From: Heteronotia binoei
Taxonomy: Eukaryota
Reading direction: 5' to 3'
Assembly (NCBI RefSeq): GCF_032191835.1
Contig: NC_083233.1
Span: 34,968,001 to 35,032,000 of the forward strand
DNA length: 64,000 nucleotides
The stretch's first letter is position 1; each line of letters begins with the position of its first letter. The translations under genes and the position numbers were made by a program. The notes below the pieces were generated by a model. It was not told the DNA's origin. It was given only the letters and a program-made list of their open reading frames with translations, and made no database searches. Shown here one piece after another: positions 60,996-64,000 of the stretch.

Positions 60996-62100
60996 GTGTT
61001 GACTGAGAGTGACTGGGCTGATGACCTCCTGCAATCTTCCACTGGTTCTTCCCTCCTGCATTTTATCAGTTTATCACTCCTGAGAGGGTATTGACTGAGA
61101 CAATAACTGGCCCAAGTTCACCCAGTGAGCTTCATGGCTGAGGTTTAAACTTAAGTTTAGCCTAACTACTACTCTATGATCAACCAGTGCTAGGAAATGC
61201 TTCCCCTGTTTTTTTCTTTGGGTCAGGCTTCTCTTAAAGCACAAAAATGATCTTTAAAAGTTCTTTCTTTATAAAACTAAATGTCCTTCATTTTAAACTG
61301 AATTCATTTGAGTGGAGGGAGCCCCCAAAACCAGCTGCTGGATACAGTTATTTTGTGATACCATTTTATCATACAAGACTTTATGCTTTATGTTTGTGAA
61401 CATCAGATAGTATTATTTTCTGTGACCAGTATAAGAGGTTTTCTGCAGTATCTTCTTATATCTCTATGTGGTGTTTACTTAGTTTGAAAATGAAGTAACA
61501 ATGAAGTGGCAACCTGTACCCCTGGCAAACCTTTAAAGATATAAAAGCACTCAAGCTGACACTGGCCTCCTCTCCCCATTATGCCAAAGTCATAAATATT
61601 CTAATCTCTCTCCAATTCCTTATCCTTGCACTGTCTTCAAAGGCAAAAAGTTATTTCATGGGTTCTAAGAGTTGCAGGTCTAGGCTGTGTTGTACAAGCT
61701 GACCTTTTGAGCTCATGCTTACACTGGCTTTGATCTTTAGCTGCTGCTTTATGTGCATTTATTTGTAAGTAAGTTCTATTGTATTCAGTGGGACTTGTGT
61801 CTCAGTAGACACACACAGGATTGGATTAATGGTGACTGTATTGGGACCAAGCTGCCCTAAATGTGATGTCAGAGGCTTAACTGATGGTTGCTTGGGTTCA
61901 GATTGTAGGACAACTGAGAAGAATATATGAAAATTAAAATGAAAACATTCTTTATCAATAAATAGAAATAGAACTCCTGTGGGAAACATGCATCTTATGT
62001 TTTGCTTTATAGAATAAATGTTTAGATCATTTTTGCATGCCTGTGATTTGTAAGCTGATGTTGTGTTCTTATATGCTTAATACAGTGTTCTGGATTTTAA

Positions 62101-62202
<102 letters not shown>

Positions 62203-62498
62203 TAAATACTGCTTATTTTAATCTTGGTTTTCTTTTCTCTTGAAGTCTTTTGCCATAACAGTAATGTGAAATAATTTTACATTCTGCTTTTGTTCTCTTA
62301 CATTTTTACATGTAATTCTCATACTAGTCCTGATCAAAAACATGCTTACAGTTTTGAACCCACCATACTCATCTATTTATCAGAATACTCTCAAGCACTT
62401 GTTTGATTTTCGTTATATGGCTTTTGCAGTGATTGTGTGTCTCTTGCGTTTTATCTGTGCAAATCAAATAACTGATTGTGTTCTGTTTTTGAACTTAG

Positions 62499-62575
62499 TT
62501 CTGATGAACATACCCCAGTAGAAGATGAAGATGGAGTATCTAAAAAAAGCAGCTCTTCGGATTCCAGTTCAGAAG
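62499..62575 (+). CDS. NKAP: NKAP coding exon 3 (77 nt)
   Basis: acttag| (D)SDEHTPVEDEDGVSKKSSSSDSSSE |gtattc. Confidence 0.93.
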
Positions 62576-62806
62576 GTATTCTTAATTTATTAAAGATTTT
62601 TATAAAAGACATCAGTAATATTTGTGAGGCACTGAGTAACCTTACCTTCTTAGCATTGTGATTTTACAAATAGAATTATTAAAACAAGTTCATCAGTTCT
62701 TGACCCAGGATAGTTCCTGTTGCCTTAACAGTTTTGGATACTTTATTTAGGAATGGCATCTCCCAACCTTGTACTCCAGAAGTTCATTCAGAGGACAGCC
62801 AGGGTG

Positions 62807-63000
62807 CAGTGTTCCCTCTAAGCTGAGTTAGCATGAGCTAGCTCACAGATTTTTAGCCTCCAGCTCACACATTTTTGTCTTAGCTCAGGAAGGATGACCC
62901 CACAGCACACTAATTGATGCAGTAGCTCACAACTTTAATGCCAGTAGCTCACAAAGTAGAATTTTTGCTCACAAGACTCTGCAGCTTAGAGGGAACATTG
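62807..63000. mobile_element. hAT MITE (194 bp), inverted relative to 60802-60995
   Basis: TIRs cagtgttccctctaagctg...cagcttagagggaacattg. TSD CCAGGGTG/CCAAGGTG (7/8). Inserted in the head of a SINE. Confidence 0.92.
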
Positions 63001-63230
63001 CCAAGGTGTTGTAGCAGTTAGAGTGTTGTACTAGGGCCTGAGAGACCCAGGTTCAAATCCCTGCACTGCCATGGAAGTGTCTGGGTAACCTTTAGACCAG
63101 TCACACCTTCTTAGGTTAACTTACTTCCTAGGGTTGTTGAGAGGATAAACTGGAGGGGAAGAGAATGATGTAAACTGCTTTTGGGTCTCCATCTTGGACA
63201 AAGGTGAGATGTAAATGAAGTAAAAAAAAA
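63001..63230 (+). mobile_element. Older tRNA-derived SINE (head interrupted by the MITE)
   Basis: gttgtagcagttagagtg...ccaggttcaaatccc head, A-rich tail. Confidence 0.72.
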
Positions 63231-63603
63231 ATCACCTGTTCTCTACTGCCATCTGTAGAAAAGAAGAATCCACTTTCATCCTGTATGAGTGAGTTTCTGC
63301 ATCCACTGCAGTAATAATCACTCAGATCCAGCCAACTTTTTCACTCAGTCTTATCTTGAATATCCTCCTTACTACACTCCCCGTCCCTTGTTCCTTTTGT
63401 CTATGCAGACCCCATGATGTGCTACGTAGCGTTTTGAGAGGAATCAGTGAGGGATCCCTCTTTTCGCATCAGCAGAAAAGTACCAATGTCTTGTATCCAA
63501 GAGAATTGGTTTTTCAGTCACAAACTGGCAACCCCAAAGAGTAGAATTATTAGAATGAACTGTTTGGCTTGATTGTAAAATATTATTTTCAAATGTCTTT
63601 CAG

Positions 63604-63648
63604 AGGAGAAGAGGAAAAAGAAAAAGAAGAAAAGAAAAGCTGTTTCAC
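63604..63648 (+). CDS. NKAP: Probable NKAP exon 4 (45 nt, Lys-rich)
   Basis: tctttcag| (E)EKRKKKKKKRKAVS |gtatgt. Phase-compatible with exon 3 and resembles the NKAP basic region (EEEKKKK). Confidence 0.65.
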
Positions 63649-64000
63649 GTATGTGTGTACTAATAATATGGAATGTCTGCCTCTAGTATGAGGTTTGCCT
63701 CTTGTATATGGGGATCTTTCATAATTTGCTCTTTGATAAGAGTTTTTGTTTTGAAAAGCATGCATGAATGGGATAATATTTTCCCCTTTATCCACAATTT
63801 ACATGAGCAATAACTGGTCCTATAATCTTTTTATCAGAGCTTTTTCTTTTTCTTTTATTATGTTACTTATAATCTGCATTTCTCACTGGGCCTCAAGTGG
63901 ACTACACAGTTGATACAATCAACAGGATGGGGCACTCAGTAAACAAGGCAATAGGATTAGAATTGTAGAAATCTGGAACCACCTAAAAATGAACTGAAGT

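Overview
Vertebrate genomic DNA, very probably a squamate reptile (the SINE/MITE repertoire looks gecko-like). Three genes are present in the order known from the amniote NKAP-ZBTB33-TMEM255A block. TMEM255A (+) has 9 coding exons (6686-38767, 324 aa). ZBTB33/Kaiso (-) has a single coding exon (47909-49936, 675 aa) and a CpG-island first exon near 55.3-55.5 kb. NKAP (+) contributes only its 5' part (exons 1-4 from 59699). The rest is transposon-rich: a young near-full-length CR1 LINE (1-4043), a full-length but frameshifted L1 with a 21-bp TSD (28799-34646), L2/CR1/L1 fragments, tRNA- and 5S-derived SINEs, many hAT MITEs with 8-bp TSDs, and Penelope-like remnants. The strongest hunt result is a 289-bp TSD-flanked palindromic insertion in NKAP intron 1 carrying two opposed minimal hammerhead-ribozyme cores. 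Also notable: a GC-AG first intron in NKAP, inverted ~94%-identical MITEs flanking NKAP exons 2-3, candidate upstream exons in frame with Kaiso, and a compact NKAP-ZBTB33 interval where eutherians have the RHOX cluster. Homology statements come from recalled protein and element sequences, not from database searches.
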